Origin: Rhynchopus sp. YZ270_cl-10
Lineage: Eukaryota
Assembly: GCA_964035575.1 (NCBI GenBank)
Contig: OZ037847.1
Location: forward strand, 1,240,001 to 1,304,000
Length of the DNA stretch: 64,000 bases
Direction: 5' to 3'
The translations under genes were made by a program, and so were the position numbers. Shown here piece after piece: positions 23,547 to 35,440 of the stretch. Every line of letters begins with the position of its first letter. The stretch's first letter is position 1. Under the pieces are notes generated by a model, which was not told where the DNA came from, did no database searches, and saw only the letters and a program-made list of their open reading frames with translations.

Positions 23547-25673
23547 ATGTCGAATAGCTTGTATGACGACTGCGAAGCACTTCCTTCGTATATAAAAGAG
23601 ACAAAAAAGCCGTATGGCGCTGATGCACCTGACTTTGCAGGGTGTAGCGAGGACTGCATCACTGCGTGGGCGAAGGAGACCCGGGTGGATGCTGGCATGG
23701 GACGCGCTGTGATTGACAACTATATGAGCCCTTACATGCGACGGTCGCCGTCACCCTCTTCTTCTTCTTCACGGTTGTCGGGAGTGGTGTCGGAGGAGAC
23801 TACGGTAACTACGATTGCTGCGGAAACGGATGTTTCTGGGACACCTTCTCCTCCTGGGTCACCAGCGAAGGATGTTAAAGCGGATTGGTCTGCCCGCCCA
23901 CCGCCGCACAAATCTTCCCCCATTGTCATCCCCGATGGATACAAAACATCGACCACAACAATCGTCTCCTCCTCCTCCGCCTCCGCGTCGTCGCTCCCCA
24001 TGCTCACAACCTCCTTCTTCCCTACAGCCAACGGCACTCCCCGCTCCTCCCTCCCGCCCCTCGAAACCCTCGAGACCGTGACAGAAGAGGTCTGGGAGAA
24101 CCAACGCTGGATGATCAAAGGCGGCTGGAAGGCGTCGTCCACGCTCGACAGAAACCCCTTCTCCGACAAATCGGGGAACAACGTCAGGGTAAAGGAGGGG
24201 ATGCAACTCCCCCACCTTTGGGTCTGGGTTGGAGACTGGCAGGTAGATTTATCAGGCCACGTTTTGTCTCCAACAAACAAAGAAACAGACCGAGGATGGT
24301 ACTACGCGAGCGCCTTTACAACAAGCATTAGCCACTGCAAACTGAAGCCAGGGAAGATGGATCTGGTCCGCCGCCGCCGCTGGCTTCGTGTACGAACCCG
24401 CATTTCAGAGGAAAGCCTCACAAACCTTGTCAAACTCGGCAATACTGGAGCCTCCTATTGGGCAGACTGTGAACGCTATGGATTCCCCCTCCCTCCAGCA
24501 GACTGCGAACCCCCCGCATCACATAGCTGGACTGCCTTTCAAATACACCACAATGCACTTCACTCTTGGCAATCCCTCCTCCACATCTCCAACCCAAGAA
24601 CCCTCTTCTGCGATCAAATCAAGCTTGAAGGCAAGCCCGGGGACATCAAAGGGAAACTGAGGGATTTAATCCGAAAGCATGGTGTACCGTCGGCATTGCG
24701 TTCAAAGGTGTGGATGGTTTGTTCCGGCGCCTCCAAAAAAAAGATGGAGAATGAAGGATACTACAAATGCGTTATAGAAAAAAACATTGAAGAGTTTGGC
24801 TTGGCTGTGGATGAGGCGGGGAATATCTTTGATGCAGCTGTTGTTGATCCTCCCCAGGGCAGCGCTGCTGCCTCTAAAAAACGCCTTGCTTCATGGACAA
24901 CAGAGCTCGAAAAAGACCTAGGGAGAACCTTCGTGGAGCACCCATACTTCGCCACCCCTCATTGCCCTGGACGGCAAAAACTAAAACGCGTTCTCTCCGC
25001 GCTCTCCTATCGAAACCCTCTAGTAAACTACTGTCAAGCCTTCAACTACATCTGCGCCCTGTTTCTCCTCAACTGCGCTGAAGAAGATGCATTTTGGCTA
25101 ATGGTAGCCTTATTGGAGGATATCCTTCCTAATGATTACTACAACGCACAGTTGGTGGGGATTACTGTGGATTTGCGGGTAGTTGAGGATTATGTGGATG
25201 AGTGCTGTCCGGCAGTGTCTGCGCATTTTAAACGGCATAACATCGATATATCTCCTGTAACCGCAGGGTGGATCATGAATCTGTATGTGAACATTTTCCC
25301 GGTGGAGGTGACGTTGAAGATTTGGGATGTGCTGTTTGCGGAGGGGCCGAAGATTGTGTTTCGTGTTGTGGTGGGGGTACTCAAGCTCTGGGAGAAGGAG
25401 TTGTTGGAGCTGACCGGGCTTGGCGATGTGGTGGAGTTCCTCAGCCGTTCCTGCAAGACTCTGCACGACCCGACTGCGCTCCTCACAGAAGGCTTTTCTG
25501 TGAAGCTCCGCAAAGTCAAGCTCGTCAAAATGCGGGAAAAACATAGAAAAGATGTCATGAAAGAAGTCGACATGCGGCGGCACGTCAGCGAGCTTGAAAA
25601 GGCAGATGAAGAACGTCGTGCATTAGAAGCTAGATCAGGGTTCTATATAGGCCCGGTCACTCGGTCGGTCTGA
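23547..25673 (+). CDS. Rab GTPase-activating protein with DysF (dysferlin/Pex24-type) and TBC domains
   Basis: DysF motifs VWENQRW..GGW, WVWVGDWQVD, GWYYA, VRRRRWLRVR. TBC motifs LIRKHGVPSALRSKVW, ELEKDLGRTF (Arg finger), YCQAFNY (Gln finger), LKIWDVLFAEG. Confidence 0.92.
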   Translation: MSNSLYDDCEALPSYIKETKKPYGADAPDFAGCSEDCITAWAKETRVDAGMGRAVIDNYMSPYMRRSPSPSSSSSRLSGVVSEETTVTTIAAETDVSGTPSPPGSPAKDVKADWSARPPPHKSSPIVIPDGYKTSTTTIVSSSSASASSLPMLTTSFFPTANGTPRSSLPPLETLETVTEEVWENQRWMIKGGWKASSTLDRNPFSDKSGNNVRVKEGMQLPHLWVWVGDWQVDLSGHVLSPTNKETDRGWYYASAFTTSISHCKLKPGKMDLVRRRRWLRVRTRISEESLTNLVKLGNTGASYWADCERYGFPLPPADCEPPASHSWTAFQIHHNALHSWQSLLHISNPRTLFCDQIKLEGKPGDIKGKLRDLIRKHGVPSALRSKVWMVCSGASKKKMENEGYYKCVIEKNIEEFGLAVDEAGNIFDAAVVDPPQGSAAASKKRLASWTTELEKDLGRTFVEHPYFATPHCPGRQKLKRVLSALSYRNPLVNYCQAFNYICALFLLNCAEEDAFWLMVALLEDILPNDYYNAQLVGITVDLRVVEDYVDECCPAVSAHFKRHNIDISPVTAGWIMNLYVNIFPVEVTLKIWDVLFAEGPKIVFRVVVGVLKLWEKELLELTGLGDVVEFLSRSCKTLHDPTALLTEGFSVKLRKVKLVKMREKHRKDVMKEVDMRRHVSELEKADEERRALEARSGFYIGPVTRSV

Positions 25674-26454
25674 CCGAGTCAGACGTTGACTCGGTCAGCC
25701 GTTTTTTTTTTTTTTTTTTTATAAATCTCAGATTTTTTTTCCAAATCTTGGGGTGGAAATTTTGGTACCTCCCACGAGCCTCTGAGAGTGACCAGAAATG
25801 GCCTCATGAACAAAGTGACCCCGTCACAGCCAGAACGCGACTCAATTGGTCAAACGCCGAAGGAAAAGGAAGCATGCATCATGGCGAAATAATAAAAGTA
25901 GCGTACCGTGCGCCTGCGGCGCAAGATTGCAACCCACCCTTCCCATGATATACTTTTGCAGTAAAAATGTGCAATTTTAAGCGCAATTTTTAGAAATGTT
26001 GCGTACCGTGGCTTCGCCAGAAACTTTCGTTTTAGAAAAACAGGGGAGTAAAATTACGGAAGCTGACCACAATTACCAGCGACAGTGCCGTTTTGTGTCA
26101 ACTTTTTTTTAGAAATGTTGCGTACCGTGGCTTCGCTTTGGGTGCCGTGACCGCCCTTTCTTTGTTATAAATGTACTGAGGCTACAGACAATTCGTGTAC
26201 CACTTGTGCCTGGTGCACGAATTGCTTCAATGAAGTGCCGAACTCCGCAGTTGGATAACCGAGGAATTCTCACATTCCGCCGGAGGCCCAACTTGAGCTA
26301 GGTTGGGGACCCGGGCTCGACCGAGTTTCAGCGAAAAACCCCAAAACCTATATAATTCCCTGTGGAGGGGGGAAATTTTTTTTTTGGGCTGACCGAGTCA
26401 AACCGATTCTGACCGAGCCAGCCCCTCGTGGGCGGAATGCTGTATAGAACCCTG
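25636..26454. mobile_element. Non-autonomous TIR DNA transposon (hAT-like MITE), 819 bp
   Basis: TIRs CAGGGTTCTATA(T)AG / CTGTATAGAACCCTG; TSD CTAGAT at 25630-25635 and 26455-26460; subterminal GACCGAG repeats in both orientations. Confidence 0.9.
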
Positions 26455-29182
26455 CTAGATGATTTTATTTTTTTTTTTCATGCGATAAACGAAAAAGTGT
26501 TTTCTTTATTTCGTTTAACTGTCATATCCTGAAGTCGTTTTCTATTTTTTCATTCAAATGCATTGACCAGAGAGAGGTTTAGGTTTCATCCCACCAACGA
26601 TTTTTTTTTCAAGAACTGATTCTTTTAATGTTTTGTTCATGCTGTTCAGTAATCTATGTGCGTTATATAAAAAAAATTGTTGGTAAAAAGGGGGGATGGG
26701 AGACAGCGTTTTCTGATCCCTCCGCCACGCCTCGAGATGAGGTGTGTATGTGTTATTGTGTTGTTTCTCTCGCCTACAAAGGATTATCGTGTGCAGAAAC
26801 TTGTTTGGGGAAACGAAAGAAAAAAAATGGCAGATTTGCTCTTTAGATATGGACGATATGCGTCCCTGAGTCTGCCAAAAAAAGGTTTATTTTTTTTCAG
26901 TGCCTGCGTCCCAAGAGGCGTTTTGCACTATCAACTTCACTATTTTTTTTTTTTGGAGGAGTCGGAATGGAGGCCCAATTTTTTACTTTGTACAGTGTAC
27001 TGCAGAAAATCGGGTCAACCTGACCCGATTTTAGAGCTTCTCTGTTTACTTTTTGTGGATTCCTAAAAAGAAGGGGGTGGATACAGCATTTTGAGGACCC
27101 TACCTGGGGTGATCGGGTCACTTTCATTCTACAAAATTCGCAAACCAGAAAAAATGGGGGGAAAAAAAAAATCAAAATATTTTTTTTTTTTGCAAATTCA
27201 TTTCGGGTTTTTGCGATTTTTGTTCCAGAAAAGTACCCCTGGTCGCCCTACCCTTTATTTCGTTCTCTGTCTCCTCATCCGATAAGAGATGAGACAGTAA
27301 ACGATATCGGCTACGTCCAGCCCCCTTCCCAACCCACACAACGTACAAACCATAACATTGGCTGGGTCTCTATCATTTTTGGTTTTTTTTTTTTGAACTC
27401 CGTTTTTTTTTTTTTTTTTCTCAAACAATTTTCGGGTCCACCCTACGGTGTACTGGTCATACACCTTAGACACACTATCATGTGAGGACTTTGTATTTCA
27501 AAAATATTTTTGACCTCTAGATTTAAAGAAAAGGAAAGCGTTGGACAGAATTTTTTGTATCAAGAACGATGGGAAGCATTTTTGTTTACATCTACTGTTG
27601 TAGGCCGCAGGGTACTGCTTTTCATCCGGATGGCTGGCATCGTACAGTGGGTCAGTTGGAGGTTTTGTTGATCCGTCCTCCTGATATCAATTTATTGAAT
27701 GCATAATATAATATATTGAAATGCTTGTATCAAGCAGTCTTGCCACCTTTTGAGGATGAGGTGCAGGTAACCGTCTGTAAAGCAAGACATCCTGATGGTT
27801 CTCTTTGGTTGTAACATAGTGTCAACTCACAAGGAGAGCTATAGTAACGCAATGCAATCAAATCACCCTTTTGAGATTTGCTTTTTGTTTCGCTCTGTTT
27901 CAAATGATCATTATTGGCGTCTCTGCTGTTTTTTGGTAAATCTATTGAGCGCTGCCAGGAAGACAGTCTTTTATCATCCAGAGTTTTTCTTCTTTTCTTT
28001 CGATGCCTGCGTCGCGCCGATGAACGGTGAGGCGTTTGCATTTTCAGCTTCTCTCTCTTTTTTCTTTTCGCGTCCGTTGAAGTATCACATCTGAGAATAC
28101 CCTCAAAAAACCGCATCAATTTTGGATGGAGAGACTCTTCATCTTCTTTGGTGTTTTTTCCCCCCCTGAAAAAAAGATTCATTTTGTTGAAGCTTTTATT
28201 GTCTGCATTGCGAGATTTATATAGTTTGTTTTGTCACGAGAGGGGATTTGGGTGCTTGTTGTGCTTTATCCAGGACTGGCATCGTGCGTGGTCAGTTCGG
28301 ATGTGCCTGCATTAATAACTAACAATTTCTTTGCTACTATGCAGACATACCTTTTACGTTTTTTTTATTTTTTCCTTTTTTATTGTCCGCCTTTCGATAG
28401 TGACAACACTGAGCAGCCTTGTGACACAGTCACTTTGTAATTGCAGCCCAGGGGTGTACCACCCATCATAGCAAAAAAAAACTTCCCTTGCTTTTGTTTC
28501 ATATGTTCGTTTATTGTGGGGTAAGTAGGGGGGTGCAGGGGAGGAGGACTGTGTTGGCAAATACGTGACTACCCTCCCACGTACCGCGTAAAATAGGTGA
28601 TTGCCACCCCAGGGAGTGGGAGGGAGAGAGGGAGGGAGGGAGGGGTTATTGTTTGTTCAGTTTCGATCAGTTTTTCGTGTTTCCGTTCTTTTAGGATGTC
28701 TTCTCTCAGTGTGGGCATCTGCATCAGATTGTTTTGTGTTTTTTTTTAGATATTTGTGCACGAGAGGCACACTCATCTTACAACTTACTTTGTAACACCC
28801 AAAGGGTCGTTCGATAACCCCACGGAGCGTTCGGTGTCTGCGTCCATTTTTTTTTTTTTTTTTTTTATTCCACAGTTAAATAAAGTATACGAAGGATTTG
28901 GCACTTTTAGCGTGATTCTTTTTAATGATAATTTCACGCAGTGTTTTTTTCGCAAATAAAAACCACGCTAATTGAACTTTATTTCACGCATTTTCACTTT
29001 TTTTCACTGCAATTCCTTAGGAGCGTGATTTTATTTTTGTTTTTTTCACGCCAAAACAGGGGTTTTTTTTGGCGATAACTTCACGCTAAATTTTGGTACA
29101 TCCTGCACCACCACCCGCCTAAAAATTGAAAATTGCGATTTTTTTTTGCACTTTTCCCATTTTTTTTTTTTACACACGCAAC

Positions 29183-29600
29183 ATGCCGAAGGATCTAAGC
29201 CGCAAACGGTCCTCCGACAAGAGATGGACGAGCGCTACAGTGGTTTTGTTGAAGGACTAGCATCGTCGACACCGTACGTCTGTGAATGGGACCGCTTTTG
29301 AAGGGATTCATTGGCAAGCCCAACGGTAAGCCCACGGAAGCCGACTTTGTTTTGTGCATAGTGCATCAAATCGTCGTCGTAATGGACAGCGTTCAGTAAG
29401 CTGAGCAGTATATTGGTGAGGAAGTATGGGGTGCAACTGCAAGACCAGTTTCCGCAGGCTCGTGTGTCTCTTGAAGCAACGCGAGACCGGCTACCGACAC
29501 GACAGTCCAAGGCACTCCGCACTTACGAAACTAGAAATCGACTCCTTCATTACCTATGAAGGCGAAGGACACACCACCCCCTTACTTCATTGTGAGGAAG
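29183..29600 (+). pseudogene. Degenerate N-terminal part of a Crypton tyrosine recombinase
   Basis: Hand translation gives EMDERYSGFVEGLASSTPYVCEWDRF* and KSSS*WTAFSKLSSILVRKYG, matching MEDLYETELLAGLKSSTAYKTEWNKF and KASSLWSCYSKLNFMFKTEFD of the 30743-31759 protein; stops and frameshifts present. Confidence 0.75.
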
Positions 29601-30287
29601 GCGGTGGCTGACATGATATTCTGTGATGGGCGGGGATCTACTGAATGTTTCTCGCTCTTGCATGAGAGCCATTTCCCGACCTCCCGCTAGCACCCGGGCC
29701 CAGTTTACCGGGTTTTTGCAGGTTCCCCCGCGGGGGGGTAACAGGGCTGGAGGGACCCTCCAGCCTTTTTTAGCCTCCCTCCAGCCCCTCAGGTACGCCA
29801 GCCCCCCCAGCTGGAGTCCCGCTAGCCTAGCTAGGGGTCCCGTGGGATTCCCGGTAGCGCTGGCGGGAGGGTAAGGAAAGCTACCCGGAGGGACACAAAC
29901 TCGTTAGTTATTGCACAATAAATGAGTCACGCTAAAAGTGCCAAATCCTTTCGTATACTTTATTTAACGTGAAATAAAATTACGTATTCAACGCCTTTTA
30001 GCGATTTTTTTTGCGATACTTCACTTATTTTTTTCCCAGGCTCGTGGATTCAATTTGCCTCGCTTCGCTCGGCAAATTAACTACCACTCGCCTGGGAAAA
30101 AAATGCGTGAAGTTATCGCAAAAAAAAACCACGCTAAAAGGCGTTGAACACGGATGCTGCCAGATCTGGCCAGATTTGGGGGCCAATTTCCCAGATCTGG
30201 CTCGTTTTCCAGATGTGGAGATCTTGTTTCCAGATCTGGCCAGATCTGGCCAGATCTGGGAATCTGGGAAAATTTTTTTTTCAAAAA

Positions 30288-31946
30288 ATAACTAATTATT
30301 AGCGTGAAATAAAGTGCACTTTTTTTCACGCCCACGTAATTTTGGCTCACGAGTGAGAGTTTATTGCCCGAGCCGCAGGCGAGGGCAATAATAGAGCACG
30401 AGTGAGACAAAATACGTGGAAGTGAAAAAACGCACTTTATTTCAAACTAATACGTAGTTTTGTTTTACAAGTGAAAATGATATTTTTGCTGGGATCCTTC
30501 ACAAACGAGACGTAAAATAGAGTGATTTTATGAACAAAATGTGGGTACCTGTAAGTGAGAGTGTGAATGAGAGTAGGGGAACATGTGAACATCAATCAAA
30601 AGCAGGGAAGGGGTTACTTTTTTTGATATATGCCTCCTATGACTGGTACTAATTACAAGATGTCACCACTCATCTCGCCTGTAGGGGGGGGGCAGGTGTA
30701 TAGAGCATCACAGAAGGGGGGTTTTTTTTTTTGCACTCATGATCATGGTTTGTTCTGTTGCACATTGATGTTAATCTTGACTTCTTGTGGCGTCTGAGTT
30801 GGGGGACTGTTGTTCTGTGTCAACAGCTGTGACATCGCAACTTGACCGGCCTGTGTGACTTCGGTGTACCTTTGTGGCATTGCCTGACTGACCCACCCAT
30901 AGTGGCGTTGCATCTGTACAATAGATGCTCCTGCCTCAGCGGCTTGAGTCGCAGAAGACCTGCGGAAGCTGTGCCCAGTGTACGAACCGTCCAGCGCAAG
31001 CACCCTCGCGACTTCTGCAGGTATGCCGTACATTTTGTTGATGCCAAGAGGTTGCACACGAAAGGTCCCAGTAGTAGTTCTGTCAGCTGTCGTCTTAGTT
31101 CCAGTGATGAAGAAGCGACCCTCCTGTGAAACTGGTGAGCGCCGGTTCAGGTACTCCTCCACCACACAAAAGTAGATGCTGTCTCTTGGTACCACAAACC
31201 TCCCACGCTCCATGTCGGCCTTTTTCACCTTAGCACAGTGCTGGTACGTGAAGAGGTATCCCACTGGTGATTCCTGATAATTTGTCATCTCAAGCATCAG
31301 TGCTTCTGTGCATCTCATTCCCGACAGAAAACACACCGCGACGTAAGCCTTGCGGACACACCAGTAGCAGTCGCTCAACTCGCTCATCTTGAGAAACATC
31401 TCCACTTCTCCCTTCGAAAACGTCTTGCTCTTCTTCGTCGATTCGTCACTTCCCCAGGTCTTCAGCAACAGCCCGATGCGGTGGTACTCCTTTAGTGAAA
31501 AGTCGAACTCCGTCTTGAACATAAAGTTGAGCTTAGAGTAGCACGACCATAATGAGCTGGCTTTGTAGCTGCGTTCTTCGCGCAGGTGTGTCAAGTAAGA
31601 GACCACATGTTCTTCTCTTGGCTGCTTCCGCCCCGTGATTTTATTGTGTTGTAAAAACTTATTCCACTCCGTTTTGTATGCAGTGCTTGACTTCAACCCT
31701 GCCAGAAGCTCGGTCTCATACAGATCCTCCATAGCCTCCTTCTTCTTGGTCCTTGGCATGATTTGTAGGGTGGAGTGTGTGGTTTTGTGACTGACAGAAA
31801 ACAGTGAAACTTTTTTTCACGCCAGTGAAACTTTTTTTCACGCCTCCAGCGAAATTACTAAGAGCAAGCGTGAAAAAAAGCTCACTTTATTTCACGCCCC
31901 GTTTGTGAAGGATCCCAGCAAAAAGTCATTTTCACATGTGATATAA
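30288..31946 (-). mobile_element. Apparently intact Crypton-type tyrosine-recombinase DNA transposon (~1.66 kb)
   Basis: Single YR ORF between inverted repeats (~30465-30525 / ~31882-31941), ~170-bp palindrome at 30290-30459, ATAA at both ends. It interrupts an A tract within the host element's CCAGATCTGG array. Confidence 0.85.
30743..31759 (-). CDS. Tyrosine recombinase, Crypton (CryptonI-like), 338 aa
   Basis: Catalytic R (GMRCTE), HxxR (YTGHSFRRSSAT), H/W (RHYGW), Y (QRY); N-terminal SSLWSCYSKL and KKSKTFS motifs; no RT nearby. Confidence 0.92.
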   Translation of the reverse strand: MPRTKKKEAMEDLYETELLAGLKSSTAYKTEWNKFLQHNKITGRKQPREEHVVSYLTHLREERSYKASSLWSCYSKLNFMFKTEFDFSLKEYHRIGLLLKTWGSDESTKKSKTFSKGEVEMFLKMSELSDCYWCVRKAYVAVCFLSGMRCTEALMLEMTNYQESPVGYLFTYQHCAKVKKADMERGRFVVPRDSIYFCVVEEYLNRRSPVSQEGRFFITGTKTTADRTTTGTFRVQPLGINKMYGIPAEVARVLALDGSYTGHSFRRSSATQAAEAGASIVQMQRHYGWVSQAMPQRYTEVTQAGQVAMSQLLTQNNSPPTQTPQEVKININVQQNKP

Positions 31947-34900
31947 AAAAAAAAACCCCCCAGATCTGGCCAGATCTGGAAATCTGGCCAGTTTTTTTTT
32001 TTTCTCAGATTTCTGGCTATTGTCTCCCAGGGAAAGGGACTCTCGAATTTTTTTTTTCGCCCCAAAATAGGGCTAATTTCGACGATTTGAGGCCATTTAA
32101 AGCAAAATTTGGCACTTTTGAGCATCTGTGGGGGTCTAAAACGTGGTTTTGCGAACCCGAAATTTCGTGGTTTTTACCAAAGACAAGTCGATTTTTGAAA
32201 AATCTCAAAAAAAAAAATTTTTTTTTCCGGGAAAATTTTGACCCCTGAGTAGGGTTTTTGTGCACCAAAAAGTGCAAAAAAACGCAAGAGTCGGGTGTTT
32301 TGACGATCTGGGGTACCGCCATATGCACTACAGGGGCCCACAATTTCGACTTTTTCTTAGCAATTTCCTTCATAATTTTTTTTTTCCGATTTTGGCAAAG
32401 GCAAATCTCAGGCAAAAAAAATTCACCCCTGATAGTGGGTCCTTGGGTGTCCAGATGCCAAAAACACAAAATTTTTGATGTTTTGACCATCTGTGGGCGC
32501 CTAAAACGCACTTCTCTGCCCAAAAAAATGAATATCGATTTTTCCTTAGCGTTTTTATAGCCGTGATTTTTGGGTATTTTTTCGCAAAGGGAAAAAAAAA
32601 ATATCAACCAAAATAGTGGGTCCTTGGGTGACCAAAAATGCAAAAAAAACGCATTTTTTTGGTGTTTTGACCCTTCAGAACCACCCAAAACGCACTTTTG
32701 TGTACCAAAACACGCATATTTCACATTTCCTTAGCAATTCCTTCACAAGTGCAAGGTGATTTTTGACCAAACTAATTTTGTGCACTTTTTTTGTGGTCAC
32801 GTGACGCTAAAATCCTCTCCGTGATGCGAGAATTACATGTGAGAATGCGATAATGATTCTCGCGTGCGAACGCCCAAAACCACGAGGACGCAAGCAAGGC
32901 TTCAGTGCACTTAGGTACAGGATGCGTCGTTTTCAGTTACAAAAAAGGGTACTGTGAAGCGGTTGAGGCACACACAGACCCGCTGCAAAATGCATCTGGG
33001 ACCCACGCTAGACCCCCTAAAAGCTGTAAAACCATATATTTCCATCTCGCGACCCCAGCGGATGTGGACTGAGGTGTTTTTTTTTGGGTGTTTAGAAAGG
33101 TTTTTGTCCGATTGGAGAATTTTTTCGGTAAGTGTTGCATTTTGTCCCCACTGAGTGTGCACTCAGAAAACACTCATCAATAAAACGACCTGGTAAAAAA
33201 TAGTTATTTTCTATCGTAGTAGTGGGTTTGTTGTGCAGTGATGTTCTTTGTACCTGGAGAGTGGGCCGAGTGCAAGGTATGTTTTTAACCCCCCGGTTTT
33301 CTCCCTTTTCGACATGTCCGCTATTTTTTAGCTATTTTTTTTTTTTGTCAACAAAAATGTCACTTTTACGTTTAAGGGGTACGGGGCGGCTTCTTGTTTG
33401 TTTGTTTGTTTTTTTGTTGTAGTCTCTACTTTTACATTCAATTTCTCTTAACAGGTACCCGAACCGACGACCCTTCATCGTGACAGCGAAGCAGTGCCGA
33501 TGGAAGAGCTGGTGCAATTATTTGAAAACCAGGTGGCGATCGTAAAAGTCGGGTTTATATACCAACTTTTCCATTAACCCACCCCATAGACCACCCTAAT
33601 TATTATGAAACTCTTAGTCAGTCACTGCTATAGCCATTTAATCCAGGGAGCATAGCTAGTGCAAGAAATTCGACTTCGGGATCCGGAAAGTCTGTCCTCT
33701 GCTTGCGGAGGACTAGGCACAAGAAAATATTGCGTTCCCCCAGAAAACCAATTTTTGTCAGAGTAATTTTTGCCCAGGGCATGCTCTTGAAGCATGGCGG
33801 CTTGGTGTGAGAAGGGGCAGTGTATTGTTTTGTTCTAGATTTCAACGGTTGTTAGAACGAGTCAAGTGGATGCTTATCTAAACACTGACTTTAGTACAGA
33901 CCCGAGAGATCACACATGACTTTGAGGAAAGAACAAAGCAATGCATCTGTACCCGCACGCCAGGTTGTAGTTACTTCAGAATTTTCTTAAGTTTGCATGA
34001 ACGAGGAGGGGCGAATCATTCTTCGGGAACCATTAGCTGTATACCATGGAATGATTTTCTCAAAAACACCACGTGGGGGCTGAATTCAATCCCTTAAGAA
34101 TTGCGAATTCAGCCTTTGTAGAAGGTACGTCTTACTTGTACTTGTACTTGTATGCCGTGTCCACCCTTCTCGACCTTACCGGTTCACATGTACGAATAAT
34201 ATTAGGCAGTGGTAACACCCTTCTCAATTGTGCAAACTTAAGAATTTTCTGCTGTAACTTACCAAAATCGATTTTCTTTCACCCCAAACACCCGCAACAC
34301 CCCACCTGCTACTTCGGTAGCCTGTGTTGTTGGGAGTTGGTTCTCATGTTGATCCCCAGTGTTTTGCACTGCTTCTTCTGAGCCCAACGCTGTTTGGCCT
34401 GTCGACGTAATAAATACGAAGACAGGGCGGCGGTGCCAACAATTTTCCGATGATGTAACGTTTATCTGATTGATTTATCGTTTGATATACCTTGTGTGTC
34501 CTACTTCGTAACTTGCACACACGAGCAACGTATATTGAACGGTACTTCAAGCGATACTTCGTTATGTCATTGGGGTACCTGGAAAAAAAAATTTTCCCAG
34601 ACGTCCCAGATCTCCCAGATTTGGCCAGATCTGGCCAGATCTGGCCAGATCTGGGACGTCTGGGAAAATTTTTTTTTCAAAAAAAAAAAAAAATTTTTCC
34701 AGATCTGGCCAGATCTGGGCGGCCCAGATCTGGAGATCTGGCCAGATCTGGCAGCATCCGTGGTTGAATAAATAGTTATTTTTTTTTTTTTGCAGACGTT
34801 ATCAGCTTCACTTTTTTCTAAAACAGGGATACCACGGATGCCGAAAGTACTTGAAATGGAAAAAGTACTTGAAGGTTCAAAAAAACCCCAGTACTTGATA

Positions 34901-35274
34901 CTTGAAGTGCTTGACCCTTTGTATCCGTCATGCGTTCTGTGCATATTTTTTTTGCACACTTTTTTTTCAACTTCACTCGAAGCACAAAAAAAACGTCAAA
35001 GGTGGCATATATTTTTGTTAGAATTGCGTTGTGTGGTTAAAGCGGTCTTGAGAACGAGTTGATACCCTCCCTGATGCCTGATGATGATTGCTGAATGTGT
35101 GTGTGCTGTAGTGTTTGCTGTCAGAATGTATCAGGATGCAGATGTAGTCAGAGATTTATATACCATAGTAGAACTGAGGCTGAACCTCAGTTTTGAAAAA
35201 AAAAAAAAACTTTTGCAGATTTGGAGAAAAAGTTTTTTGCATTTTTTGGGGAACTGGGTTGCTGATCGCACCAT

Positions 35275-35440
35275 GAAATCCCGTACCATACAGGCTGTAC
35301 CCAATTTTTTTTTGCCTGCGGCGCCATTTTTCCTTTTTTGCTCCGCAAAAAAGGGTTCGTTGAGTGACTCTGTGGTGTAAAAGGCTAGATTTTTACACCG
35401 TACCCCAATTTTTTTTCGCCTGCGGCGCCATATTATATTA
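35275..35440 (+). repeat. ~165-bp dispersed repeat with two GCCTGCGGCGCCAT motifs; inverted copy at ~51342-51506
   Basis: Direct reverse-complement match, also visible as matching spurious ORFs 35131-35457(-) and 51350-51598(+). Confidence 0.85.

Larger units (their letters stand above)
30149..34762. mobile_element. TIR DNA transposon, 4614 bp including a nested Crypton; no intact transposase
   Basis: 27-bp TIR CACGGATGCTGCCAGATCTGGCCAGAT at both ends; 6-bp TSD GTTGAA (30143-30148, 34763-34768); arrays of the palindrome CCAGATCTGG in both subterminal regions. Confidence 0.92.
28865..34779 (+). mobile_element. Decayed Crypton-type YR element (28865-30148 plus 34763-34779), interrupted by a TIR element
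   Basis: ~40-bp inverted repeats at 28875-28914 / 29927-29968 flank a YR pseudogene. A long palindrome at 29978-30148, centred on CTCGCTTCGCTCG, has its last arm resuming at 34763 (GTTGAATAAATAGTT). TTAT is present at both ends inside T tracts. Confidence 0.75.

Noticed and set aside
30743..31759. Prophage integrase or bacterial contamination
   Set aside because: No phage or bacterial genes; eukaryotic context; motifs fit the Crypton-type YR.
32017..32724. 235-aa minus-strand ORF and similar K/F-rich ORFs throughout 39-53 kb
   Set aside because: Products of A/T homopolymer runs in transposon subterminal or intronic DNA; no recognisable motifs.
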